This document shows, piece by piece, positions 12,312-24,855 of a stretch of DNA of 64,000 nucleotides (positions within the stretch are counted from its first letter, which is position 1; every line of letters begins with the position of its first letter). A program made the translations under genes and the position numbers. The DNA is from Isurus oxyrinchus. Its lineage: Eukaryota. The notes beneath the pieces were generated by a model, which was not told the origin of the DNA, ran no database searches, and worked only from the letters and a program-made list of their open reading frames with translations. The DNA lies in assembly GCA_026770705.1 (NCBI GenBank), contig JANJGN010000026.1:620001-684000 (forward strand), in the 5' to 3' direction.

Positions 12312-14184
12312 AATGTCGAAAATGCAACATGAATTCTGCATTAAACTCCAACATTTAAATTTCTAGTTCGTGGCCCACATGGCCTCCCTTACAAGTTGCA
12401 CTCGTTTGTAGACCCTTACCAGAACTATTGAAATGTATTAAGAACCTTGAATCTGCACACAAATCTGCACTGGAAACTGTCTTGCTGGAGTTCCACAAGT
12501 TCTTGCCTGTCGGGCCCTGACAGGCATTCCCAGCAACCTTGAGGGCGCCTGAAGCCAGAATACATTTTGGGCTTAGCACCAAGTGGCTCATGCAAGCACG
12601 AGATTTATATTATTCTTCCAAGGGATGCCACCCTCCCTGGAAAGGCCAGCAAACATTTGGCATCAGTAAATATCCTTCCCAAGTCAGAGTCCTGGCTCTA
12701 TGCACAGCCTAGGTATTCCTCCATTGCCCTCGCATTGGAGGGCATAGCGTCTTGAAGCTGTGCCTGATGATTACGCACCACCCACAGCTGCTTCAGTATC
12801 TGCCACCTCGGTGATGTCTCCAGATGTACTTGAGCATGCTGAATCGAAGCAACGCCCCGGCCCTAAAATGTCTTCTGGGCATAATTGGCACCTACTCCTT
12901 CACACCTCTGATGTGCTTTCCAAACTGTGACACTCTGACTGCTTCTATGCGATCATGCACCGACGTGGATCCACCTGCACAGCATACAAAGGAGAAAAGA
13001 CGTGACTTACACTCTAAGAAAATTCTTTCTCGTCTTCAGATGCGGGATCTTCCTGCAGACGCCGATCTGGCTGCTGTTGTTCAAAACCTGCAAGAGATAG
13101 CAGCAATGAGAGGGCAGCAAGTCCGTCTGACTAGTCAAGATCTGGAACCCCTTCTGACTAATGGGTGACATGTGCACTTCATGTTTTGTTCTCTGCAGAG
13201 GATCTCTTGCGCCGATGTTTTCATGCATTCACTCTCTTGGCGATCCACCTCCGTGTCATCATTAACAATGTTCCACTTTGCCTTCATGCCTCACATATCC
13301 AAATCCTCTTCATTCACAGGCATGATGCTGGCCATGCGTGTCTGCTACCTCCAGTTCTTTCCTTTCCTTTGTATTGTGTTGGGCCTCAGCCTGCAAGAGA
13401 ATAATTTACATTGTTGTTCGCCCATCAAAAGCCTGCCTCATGGCTATGGGTGTGGCAGCAATCTGTAAGTAATTGCTCCACAAGCATGGCTTCTGCATGT
13501 GGCAATTAAGTACTCTTTGTACAGGGGTGCTCACTGCCTCACCATTGTGTTGCACAGAGAGGATAGCAGCATTACACAGGCAACAATGATTCTGACCAGA
13601 TGTGCAGATCCTTCATCTGAATTCTCATTCGAAGCTGCCACCTCAATACTGTATGCTGCAGTTTCCTTGCTTCCCATCATTGCCCCTCGTTCAGCACTGC
13701 ATTACTGCCCACTTCCACACTTATCCCCATGTTTGCCCGCTTGGCCAACCTCCCGGTAGTGCCGCGAAAGAACAGAAATTGCCTTTGAGGGTCTGCAAAC
13801 TGGCAGCCATCAATGAGCCGAGGTGGACCCATTTCTCCGCCCTCTGCCAAGTCTACAGTGTCGCTATCCCTTGCTGTTTCCTCGGAGATGCTGTCTTTGA
13901 AAGTAATGCTGGCTGCCCATGCATTTTGTTGGCAATCATATCTCCCCTGGTACTTCCTGTCCCACACAACTAGGAATTGAAGGAGCAGAAAGGGTGACAT
14001 ATTAGAGGTCTTACCTGCATGGTGGCCGATCACAGGTTAAACAAAGAACAGGAAATGCAGTGCATATTTGCAGCTGGCCATTATGATTGGAACAATGTGG
14101 GAAATCGCCAGCAAACACAGTTAGCCCTGTAGTACTGCCTGTATGAAGCAGAATACCATGTCACCCTTCTTACGACTTTTTAAA

Positions 14185-14830
14185 AATTCATTCATGGAAT
14201 GTGGAATTCGCTGCCTGGGCCAGCATTTATTGCCCATCTATAGTTGCCCTTGAGAAGGTGATGGTGAGCTGCCTTCTTGAACTGCTGCAGTCCATGTGGT
14301 ATAGGTACACCTACAGTGCTTTAAGGGAGGGGGTTCCAGGATTCTGACCCATCGACAGTGAAGGAATAGTGAAATACTCCCAAGTCAAGACGGTGAGTGG
14401 CCTGGAGAGGAATTTACAGGTAGTGGTGTTCCCATCTATCTGCTGCCCTTATCCATCTAGATGGTAGTGGCCGTGAGTTTGGAAGGTACTGTCGAATGAG
14501 CCTTGGTGAAGTTCTGCAGTGCATCTTATAGATGGTACACACTGCTGCTACTGTGCTTTGGTGGTGGAGTGATTGAATGTTTGTGGATGTGGTACCAATC
14601 ATGCGGTCTGAGTTGTCTTGGATGGTGTCAAGCTTCTTAAGTGTTGTTGGACCTGCACTCAACCAGGCAAGTGGAGAGCATTCAATCACATTGCCCTGTG
14701 CCTCGTAGATGTTTGGCAAGCTTTTTGGGGGGTGGGCTGGAATGGTGGGGGTCGGGGGCGGTCAAAAGGTGAGTTACTCATCTCACGACTCCTAGGCTCT
14801 GACATGATATTGTACCCACAATATCTGATA
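14185..14830 (-). mobile_element. Decayed non-LTR retrotransposon 3' end (CR1/L2-group family B)
   Basis: ORF 14414-14719 'ECSPLAWLSAGPTTLKKLDTIQD...SLHHQSTVAAVCTIYKMHC' is homologous to copies at about 19.6 and 28.7 kb. Confidence 0.7.
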
Positions 14831-15062
14831 TCAGAAACTATCCCAACCAATGAGCAGCTCATGTTCTCACACTGAACACGCTGCACCAAACAAATATATC
14901 ATTAACTTCCCAGTGCCTAGGTCTGATTACAGTTGTCGACTGAATCCATGGCATCTCACAGGGAATTCACAAAATTCCCCTTCGGTGGTGTGCCTCAGAA
15001 TTTGACGATTGTGACAGTTAATAAGAAGGGAATATTTTAAACTGCTTCTTTTACCCAGAACC

Positions 15063-15705
15063 TGCGAAGAATCAAATCAAATGTTTAACACCTTGGCAGG
15101 AGAGGACATTTATTAGGCTGCGGGGGGGGGGGGGGGGGGGGTGGGTGGGGGGGGGGGGGGGGTTAAAGTTGTACGTACAGCTGAAAGACAAGGAGAGGGA
15201 GACTGAAATAGCGGCTGCTGCTGTTCAAGTCCGAGGTCAAGTGTGTTATGGGTCAGCCATTATGCAGGATGCTGGTAGAGATTCATTCTGCTTTTCGAGG
15301 TGATGCCATTTGTGGAGATATAAGGAACAAATAGTTCCCGGTGTGGGTCTCACTGCTGGAATTCGATCCTGGGTAACTAAGAACACTGGGAACAAAGGCA
15401 TTGAAAGGACACCAGAAGACATCCCAGTGAAACGTGAGCCTGCTGAAAATATGGGGGCAGTTTGGAATTGAATATTCACGGCTATATACAGGTTGGGAGC
15501 ATGGTAATATTCGTTTCGTTGTATTAATCAGTTAATGGCAAAGCAGCTTTGCATTTAGTTACTTGGATTAGTTGGCAATTAAGCAGTGCTTAGTAGATGC
15601 CTACATTAGCTTGCTTGTCACAGTAAATGGTTTGAAATGTGAAACATTATCACTGGGAAATCCATCTCATCTTTAAAGATATTGGTCTCTATCGGGATCT
15701 TAACA
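15063..15705. mobile_element. Possible solo LTR
   Basis: Imperfect inverted termini TGCGAAGA...TCTTAACA, about 640 bp, with an internal G-tract. No TSD found. Confidence 0.3.
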
Positions 15706-17914
15706 TGAATCAGGTGCTGAACACACTTGCTCACATCGCCTCCCACTTCCCCCCGCCCCCTACCCCCGCCCAGACATCACAGGCGACACACTCCTGGGTA
15801 ATTCTCTGCCTCTGACTAATTGTTACCAGAGCTCAACATGTTTTTTCACCTGCTGATGAAGGTCAGTGAACCTGATCCAGGCTAAACTCCTCATTAACAG
15901 CAACAGATTGAAAATCCAGGCAGAGCAGAAGGGGTCTCCAAAAAACTGCAGGGAAACATTAACACAAAACACAACTCAGACCCACAGATTTGGGAGACTG
16001 GACACTGGGTCTTTCCATGTGTGAGACAACTATTCTCTCACCAAAAGCCTGCCACCCACCTCCCCACCCTCCCCCGCCACCCCCCCACCCCCACCACCCA
16101 AGCGAAGTGCACTGTAATAGAACAGTGAACAGTGCACGTTTATTTTATTGAAGGAGCACCACTTTGCAGAAGTCTTCAAATCCACCTAACTGCCTTACCA
16201 GCGCCTTGAACTCTAGCTCTAGAGACCACCTTGAGGGGCTTCATGGACCACAATACGCAGGCCGCGAGTTGAGCAAGGCTGAAAGATTACAGATAGTTTG
16301 ATATATTTCCTTTATATGCTATCATACAAGATGCTTTCTCTCGAGCTGCATAATGTTTTATTTGCAAAACTGTATACTCCACAATAATTGCTGATGTATG
16401 TACTGGTGCTGGCATGTAGCGAAACGGTTCCAGAGGTTGTAGTAAAAGGTGTTTGGTGACTTGCCTAAAATGTACTTTTGGTGCTATGCGGCATGTGAGG
16501 GTTTGGAAGAGATTGCGGCAGTGAAAAGGCAGAATCAATGCCCTGCAGGCCGCTTAGTGCTGGGCCAGCACGGCATTAATTTGTTATCGGTTTGTGGGAA
16601 AGAAACAATGGAGTATTTCTCTGATATATTATATACACATAAATATTCCACAATTCACAACCGTAGGGCGCCTAAAAATTGTTTGCACCAATAACGCAAT
16701 TTGGAAATGTGATCACTGTTGAAATATACCAGGTTACTGGGGAATTCCACACTGTAAACTCTCACAAACAACATTGAGATCATGACCTGGTAATTTGATT
16801 TTGTGATGTTGATACGGTGATAAGTTTTGGCAAGGTCACCAGAATAACTCTCTTGCCCTTCTTCAAAATGGCGTTAGGGCATCTATTCCCGTCAGCGACC
16901 ATGGGCCATAATTATTGCTTAGGCATCTTATCAGAATGAACGTACCTCCGATAGCACAGTGCTCCCTTAGTTCTCCAGTGGAGTGACAGACATGGCACTT
17001 GTGTTCGTACCCTAGAGTGTGTAGTTTGCCTCAAAAGTGAGAGTGCTGTCAGCTGAGTCACGGTAAATACTAACGGATTGGAACACAATGTTCCAAATGC
17101 AGCATTTGCTCAACATATTGGCGGGCGCAGAGGGTTGACAAGGTATGTCACTGTCAAACACAGCACTGATATCCCAAATGATATGTTTGTTTCAAATCAA
17201 CATTACTGGCCTATTGCAAAATATAACGGACGTTTTACTTTACATGTATGTATCTATACAACTATTTATTTATTTTAGACCAGCTACCCAATCCTAGGTT
17301 ACCTCGGATCCAATGCTCGCTTTACTAGCTAACTCTGTACTGACTCCAGTGTAAGTAGTTCCTTCCTGAGATGCAGAGAATAAAACCACACTCAGTATTC
17401 CAAGTGCAGACTCACAAACTCCTGTTTTCCATTCTTACAATCAAAGTCACATATCTGCGCATTTGCCAACTTGTACCCACTGACTCAACCTCTCCGGATC
17501 TCTTTGCAGCCTCTCCACATCCTCATCACAACCTGCATTTCCACCAAATATTCTATCTTCTGAAAAATTCATTACATTATTCCATGTCACTGTCTAAGCC
17601 ATGAAAATGAAGAGTCATAGTTGAGGCCACAGGACCTGTCCTTGCGGGTGCCAAAAAGATACAAGTGGCCAACCTGGAAGTCTTCACTTAAAGCATCACT
17701 TTTCTAGCTGTCTGTAACCGCTCCTCCATTCATGTTAAAATATTACTACTAAGCGAATGAACCCTATTACAGTCTGTTATTATTTTGCATGGAACCTTTA
17801 AAAAGCACATTTGGAAATCCAGATAAATTGCCTTAAATGTTTTCACATTTAGTTACCTATTAGTTACATTGGTCTCCTTATGTCAGGAAAAATATAAATG
17901 CACTTTTTCAGAGA

Positions 17915-18392
17915 AAGTTTACTAGATGCTTAACAGGAAAGAGTGGGTTGCCTTCTGAGGCGAGGCTTCTGTCCACTGTAGTTTAAAAGGTTAAGTGGTG
18001 ACTTGACTGAAACATATAAAACCCTGAGGGGCCTTGGCAGGGAGGATGTGGAAAGGATGGTTAATTCTGTGGGGGAATCAAGATCTCAGATAACTGTTGC
18101 AAAATAAGGGGTCGCCTATTTAGGACAGAGATGAGGAAAAACTTGATTTTTCTCCCAGGCGGTTATCAGACTTTCGAATTCTTTTCCTCAAAAGGTGATT
18201 GAGGCAGCGTCCTGGGATACCTTTCAGGTAGAGGTAAATATTTTCTTGATACGCAACGGCGTGAAACATTACCAGGTGTAGCCTGGAATGTGAAGTTGAA
18301 GTTAAAACTAGATCAGCCACAAACTTATTGAATGGTGCAGCAGGGTCCAGGGCCAAGTAGCTTACGGCTGCTCCTAATTCGTATGTTCGTAT
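17915..18392 (+). mobile_element. CR1-type LINE 3' end
   Basis: Matches the other CR1 3' ends in the window (ttaggacagagatgagga...gctcctaattcgtatgttcgtatg). Confidence 0.7.
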
Positions 18393-18619
18393 GCATGTAC
18401 ACTTACTCAAACATTTCCAATAACATTATAGAACATGATTGCTCTTTTATAAATTCATGTTTTACCTGCGTGATCAGACAATGAGTTTACAAGTACAGTA
18501 TTTCAATTCCAGCATTGGGCCAACTGCTGATTCAGGCTAACTGGCAGTTTATCTCTGTTTTCTCTCTCTTTCCTTTCTGAAAAGCTGTGTTGCATTTGCA
18601 AATGCTCATTCTGCCGAGC

Positions 18620-20035
18620 CCACTTCAGAAACTATGGGATGATGGGGGAGACCAGCACATCACGGAAAAAGACACGGTTGAATTATTTGCAAGCATCTTC
18701 ATCCAGAGGTGCCAACCGGATGATTCATTTAGGCCTCCTCCTGAGGTCCCCATAATCACAGATGCCACTTTGATCCAATGTCAAGAAATGACTGAAGGCG
18801 CTGGATACGGAAAAGGCTTTGACGCCCTGAAAACATTCCGGCAAAAAAAATGATGGATTGTAAAGGATAAATTGCAACCTGCTCAACTTGCTGCGCCCCA
18901 AGCCAAGATTTTTAGTTGCAGCTGCAACATAGGCTTCTACCGGCAATGTGGAAAAGCGCCCAGGTATGCCTTGTCCACAAAAAGAAACAGGGTGAGCCCA
19001 ATCCGGTCAATAATGACCCAAATATTCTGCGCTCGATCATCAGCCGCCTAAAGGCAGGTATCATTGACACTGATATTAAGCAGCTCATACACTGCAATAA
19101 CCTGCCAAATGAAGTTCTGCCTGGATTCCACTCTACTCCTGACCTTCCCTCAATCTGGTTTTCAACATGTACAAAAGCTGAACTCACGGGATAAGGTTCC
19201 TGTCACTGCCCTTCACATCAAGGCAATAGTTTACACATGAGTGACATCACGGAGCAGCTGAACAAAGTGTGGAATTAAGGAGCAGTTGCAAAACAATAAT
19301 TCAATCGGAATCAAGCACTCTGCTTGGAGCAATTGCTAGAAATAGCTAGCAGAACGGCTGCTGGAAACCAATCAATGAAGATCTCGAAAAAGGGACAATC
19401 TTACCATATAGCCTTGCCAATTAATGTCATTCCCATAGCTGAATTACATCAGGTTTAATATCCCTGGGTTTACCATTGATCTGAAACTCAACTGCACCAG
19501 CTTTATAAATACTTTGGCTACAAGAGCAGGTCATGGACTGAGAATATTGTAGCGAATAATTCAGTTCCATACTCTCCAAAGCCTGACAAGTTTCTACAAA
19601 GAACAAATCAAGACTATGATGCATTGTTCTACATTTACCTGGATGATTGTGGCTGCAGCAACTTTCAAGAAGCTTGACATCATTCTGGGTAAAGAAACTT
19701 TCTTGACTGGTGCTACATCCAGCGATTTAAGCATTCACTCCTCCCAGGGTCGACGTAGAAGTACAGCAGTGTGTATCATTTCCAAGATGTACTGCACCTC
19801 CTTCTACATGCTCCGTCGAAACCTTCCAACCCTATGATGACCCCGAATGAAAAGGGCAAGATAAGCAAACGCATGGGTATGGCATCACTTGCAAATTGCC
19901 CTCAAAGCCACACACCTTCCTGACTTTGACCAATATCACCGTCCATTAGCTGCCACGTGATCAAAATCCGACAGCTCCCTCCCCAACAGCACCTTGGGTG
20001 TAGGTTCACCATATAGACTGCAGCGGGTCTTATCA
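18620..20035 (+). mobile_element. Decayed non-LTR retrotransposon (family B) RT and C-terminal region
   Basis: 'PAMWKSAQVCLVHKK' (RT upstream motif) and 'AATFKKLDII...TAVCIISKMYC'. Homologous to 14.2-14.8 kb. Confidence 0.65.
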
Positions 20036-20039
20036 TTGC

Positions 20040-20950
20040 CACAGAGGGAGTGCAACGAAGACTCATTCAACTACTTCACGGGATGGAGGGATTGTCCAGT
20101 GAGAAAAAATTAAATAGACAAGGCCGTTATTCTCTGGAGTTCAGAAGAATGACAGGTGATCACATGCAAAGGTGCAAAATTCTCACACGGCTTCACAGAG
20201 TAGATGCAGGCAGCATGTTTCGCTTGGCCAGTTTGTCGAGCACCAGGGAACACAGACTCTGAATGGACCGCCGGCCAATGAGGCATGAGATAAGGAGGGA
20301 TTCCTTTAGCCGGAGGGCTGTGACTCTTTGTAAGCCTTTGCCTGAGAGGTCTGTGGTGCGCAGACACTGATTATGCGCAAGACTGAGGTCGATAGATTTC
20401 GACACATTAAAAAACATTAAGGACACAGGTATAATGCAGAAAAATCTTTTTTCAAGTAGAAGATCAGCACGAACAAATTGAACAGAGGAGCGGGGTCGGA
20501 CTGCTGAACAGCCTAAGCCTACTCTAATTTCTTATGATCTTACGTTGAAGAAGGGCACTCAGCCTACGCTTTTTCAGTGAAAATTAGGCATGGGAAAAAA
20601 ACTGACATTTCCATCGATGCCACATCACATGAAAGGAGAAAATAATACTTAGAACTATGGGGCATAGTCTCAAAGAAACTGTTGATCCTGTTTGTCCTGA
20701 GAGGATGGGGTTTGACACTCTTTGGAATTCGCTGCCCCATAGAGGTGTGAATTCTCAAATGTTGAATCTAATCAAGGCAGATGTCGATAGACATTTGGAT
20801 GCTGCGGGGATTACGGGACATGAGGTACTGAACGACGTTGGACCAGAGATGAAATATCAGCCAAGAGCTTTCGTAATGGCAGACCTGGCTCAAAAGGCCA
20901 AATAGCCTATTGCAGTTCATATTTCTAACTGTTTGAAGGTTCTTATGAGC
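20040..20950 (+). mobile_element. Two adjacent CR1-type 3' fragments
   Basis: 'QRRLIQLLHGMEGLS...YSLEFRRMTGD' CR1 C-terminal motif. 3' tails at about 20530 and 20945. Confidence 0.65.
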
Positions 20951-22787
20951 GACCACAGTGAGTGGACAGAATGGGAGACAAGCCTTTTCGGAGACGAGGG
21001 GGATAGGGTAAAAATGTAAATGTAAAATAAAACGCTGAGCCCAGCCAGAAATTGCAACTCTGGGAAAGGGACGCTGGCCAGTGAATGCAGAACTGTATTC
21101 AGTGAGAGACAATAGTTTGATGGAGGAGAGGGAAAGGAGCCAGGGGCTGTAAGTAAAAAAAAAACATAAATACTTCGCAAAATCGAAGATGAAGCAAAAG
21201 TCTGAGCATCCACAGACAAAAAAGAGGAAGCAAAACCAGCCCGTCCTCTCCCATTTCGATAATTCAAATGTTCACGAAATTAGCAGTTATAACGTTCTGT
21301 GAAGGCCACGTTACCCTCCACACTGAAGGCTTAACCAAATGCATGAAGCCAACAAGAATATGCAAATTCAGGGAGGGGACGGGAGGAAACGGATAGAGTG
21401 TAGATCTGAATTAAGACAAATTTTGAGTCTGAGGGCCAGGTGATCCCGTGAGGAAGGACATGAATCCAACCAGAATCAACACATTCGTGGAGGAGAGGCA
21501 ACGGAACCAATGATTGTAGAAGTCAATGCAGTCAGATTGAGCAACTTCAGAGGAGCCATAGGTCCTCTCCAGACTGAAACGATCTAAAGTTGATTAGTTG
21601 CATTGTTTAAGAATGGCTGTGTTAGAATTGGGAGACAGAATATATGTCGTGCTACCTGGAGTGAAGAAATTAATGTTAAAGATAAAATATTGGTTTATAT
21701 TTCGGAGCAGTGTGATTCGAGACTCGATGGGACGGGTACTAAAAGCTACTGTGGGATAAGAAATGAAAGAATGATCAATATAAAGTAGAAATTCAAATGT
21801 GGAAATCATACCCTTTAGTATCCATCATGTTATTTAATCCCTTTCTTTGATGTCTTAGGCAGTACCTCTGGATAGATGATAAATTCCTTCTATTGTGTAT
21901 TGACGGGTTCTAAGGTGGCCGGTAACCCCAAGGTGTCTTCACAAAACCGTTCCACATTATGTCCAAATGCAGCAAGACCTGGAAATATCCAGGCTTGGGC
22001 TGACAAGAGGCAAGTAACATTCGTGCCACACAAATGCCAGAAAATGACCATCTGCAACAAGCGAGAATCTAATCATCACCTTTTGATGTTCAATGTCATT
22101 ACCATCACTGAAAACTCCACTATCAACAACTTGGGGGGCACTCAGGCATTCACCCGTCTTAAATACATTAGTGTTCACAAAGGGGCTGCAGGAGACAGAT
22201 TTGGCAGTTGTTGCTGCTTCTAATCACATCCAAGATTGAGCAGTGTCCATTCCAACGGTTGTGACATGCTTCTGTTGATGTTTAAAACACTGAATAACCG
22301 GGCTTGATTTTAATAGTTCATACCCTGGAAATATATCAAATAAAGTAAGAGAGGAAGTGCAATTATTTAAGTAGCTCAATTATAACTCGAGTATCTCTAT
22401 AAATCCACTGGGAGTTAACTTTCATGTTTGTAACGGACATGGTATTGAGGTTACTGTGGCTAATTGCCGGCTGAAAAGATGTGCCATGCAGTACTGCCGG
22501 CATCCAGCAGATGGAGGTGTCTCGGCTTTAAATTCTAACATGCGTGTAAGTGCTTGCGAGATCAGGATGAGTCCGCGAAGCTCAGCATCAGAACAAACTT
22601 GCCCACTTGTAAATCCGAAACTATCTACTCCCCTTGTGTCACTCAGCGTCAAACACTGGACAAACTGACCCCGCACTGACATCACAAACTGCCCCCAACC
22701 TGGGGCAATGCAGGATCAGACGGTGAACGCTGAGGGCCACACCCTGTAATCATAAACTTCCCACTCCCTGAAGAAGCTCAGGGGAGG

Positions 22788-24409
22788 CACTGAACACACT
22801 GCACCTCACAAAGATCCCGCAAACTGCCTCCTCCCTGCGGCAGCACAGTGACCAACACTGAACACACTGCATCTCACAAGGATCCCGCAAACTGCCTCCT
22901 CCCTGTGGCAGCACAGTGACCAACACTGAACACACTGCACCTCACAAAGATTCCGCAAACTGCCTCCTCGCTGTGGCAGCACAGTGACCAACACTGAACA
23001 CACTGCACCTCAGAAAGATCCCGCAAACTGCCTCCTCCCTGTGGCAGCACAGTGACCAACACTGAACACACTGCACCTCACAAAGATCCCGCAAACTGCC
23101 TCCTCCCTGTGGCAGCACAGTGACCAACACTGAACACACTGCACCTCACAAAGATCCCGCAAACTGCCTCCTCCTTGTGGCAGCACAGTGACCAACACTG
23201 AACACACTGCACCTCACAAAGATCCCGCAAACTGCCTCCTCCCTGCGGCAGCACAGTGACCAACACTGAACACACTGCACCTCACAAAGATCCCGCAAAC
23301 TGCCTCCTCCCTGTGGCAGCACAGTGACCAACACTGAACACACTGCACCTCACAAAAATCCCGCAAACTGCCTCCTCCCTGTGGCAGCACAGTGACCAAC
23401 ACTGAACACACTGCACCTCACAAAGATTCCGCAAACTGCCTCCTCCCTGTGGCAGCACAGTGACCAACACTGAACACACTGCACCTCACAAAGATCCCGC
23501 AAACTGCCTCCTCCCTGCGGCAGTACAGTGACCAACACTGAACACACTGCACCTCACAAAAATCCCGCAAACTGCCTCCTCCCTGTGGCAGCACAGTGAC
23601 CAACACTGAACACACTGCACCTCACAAAGATCCCGCAAACTGCCTCCTCCCTGTGGCAGCACAGTGACCAACACTGAACACACTGCACCTCACAAAAATC
23701 CCGCAAACTGCCTCCTCCCTGTGGCAGCACAGTGACCAACACTGAACACACTGCACCTCACAAAGATTCCGCAAACTGCCTCCTCCCTGTGGCAGCACAG
23801 TGACCAACACTGAACACACTGCACCTCACAAAGATCCCGCAAACTGCCTCCTCCTTGCGGCAGTACAGTGACCAACACTGAACACACTGCACCTCACAAA
23901 AATCCCGCAAACTGCCTCCTCCCTGTGGCAGCACAGTGACCAACACTGAACACACTGCACCTCACAAAGATCCCGCAAACTGCCTCCTCCCTGCGGCAGC
24001 ACAGTGACCAACACTGAACACACTGCACCTCAGAAAGATCCCGCAAACTGCCTCCTCCCTGCGGCAGCACAGTGATCAACACTGAACACACTGCACCTCA
24101 CAAAGATCCCGCAAACTGCCTCCTCCCTGTGGCAGCACAGTGACCAACACTGAACACACTGCACTTCACAAAGATCCCGCAAACTGCCTCCTCCCTGTGG
24201 CAGCACAGTGACCAACACTGAACACACTGCACCTCACAAAGATTCTTCAAACTGCCGCCTCCCTGTGGCAGCACAGTGACCAACACTGAACACACTGCAC
24301 CCTCACAAAAATCCCGCAAACTGCCTCCTCCCTGTGGCAGCACAGTGACCAACACTGAACACACTGCACGTCACAAAGATTCTGCAAACTGCCTCCTCCC
24401 TGTGGCAGC
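22788..24409 (+). repeat. 68-bp tandem minisatellite, about 24 units, high identity
   Basis: Unit CACAGTGACCAACACTGAACACACTGCACCTCACAAAGATCCCGCAAACTGCCTCCTCCCTGTGGCAG. Heptamer positions are 22844+68n up to 24272, then 24341 after a 1-nt insertion. Diverged units flank both sides. Confidence 0.97.
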
Positions 24410-24583
24410 TCAGGAATTGGCACTGAACATGTTGCACCTCACGGAGTCATCAGAAAATTACCACAGCCTACGGAATGTCATGTTCACAGTGAACCTCACA
24501 GACAGATCAACAACTGCCTCACAGCCTGTCCTGTACAAGATGAAACCAAACTGCCCCACTTCGCTCGGCCCTTCCCCAGACAG

Positions 24584-24855
24584 TAGTGGCGTCGTGGTTT
24601 TCTCACTGGACTAGTAAACCAGAGATCTAGGTTTCAAATCCCACCACAGCAGATAGTAAATTCAATAATAACCTTGGAGCAGAAGTCGAAAGATGGCCAT
24701 GAAATCAGTGGCATTGTCATGAACACCTATTCTATTCACTAATGCCCTTGAGGGAAGGAACTGAGCTGCCCTCACTGAACAGAAATGGAGTTGACTCTTA
24801 AAAATGCCCACTTAACATGGACAATTAGCAACGCCCACATCCCACGAGCAAAAAA
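24584..24855 (+). mobile_element. tRNA-derived SINE
   Basis: A-box-like TGGCGTCGTGG and B-box-like GTTTCAAATCC. The 3' tail caacgcccacatcccacgag-A(n) is shared with family B LINE ends. Confidence 0.6.

Noticed and set aside
12600-14160. Possible Harbinger-like transposase relic (minus-strand 'RIIVACVML')
   Set aside because: Only one short motif; no catalytic motifs or TIRs were identified.
15853-15885. CTGATGA-AGGT...ACCT hammerhead-like string
   Set aside because: GAAA is replaced by GATC and there is no PLE-like flank.
22750-24614. Ladder of 65-aa Cys-rich ORFs, or a CRISPR-like array
   Set aside because: The ORFs are artefacts of a 68-bp period (not a multiple of 3). There are no unique spacers and no cas genes, and the DNA is eukaryotic.
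24584-24650. tRNA gene
   Set aside because: It has A/B boxes but no cloverleaf and continues into a LINE-like tail, so it is a SINE head.
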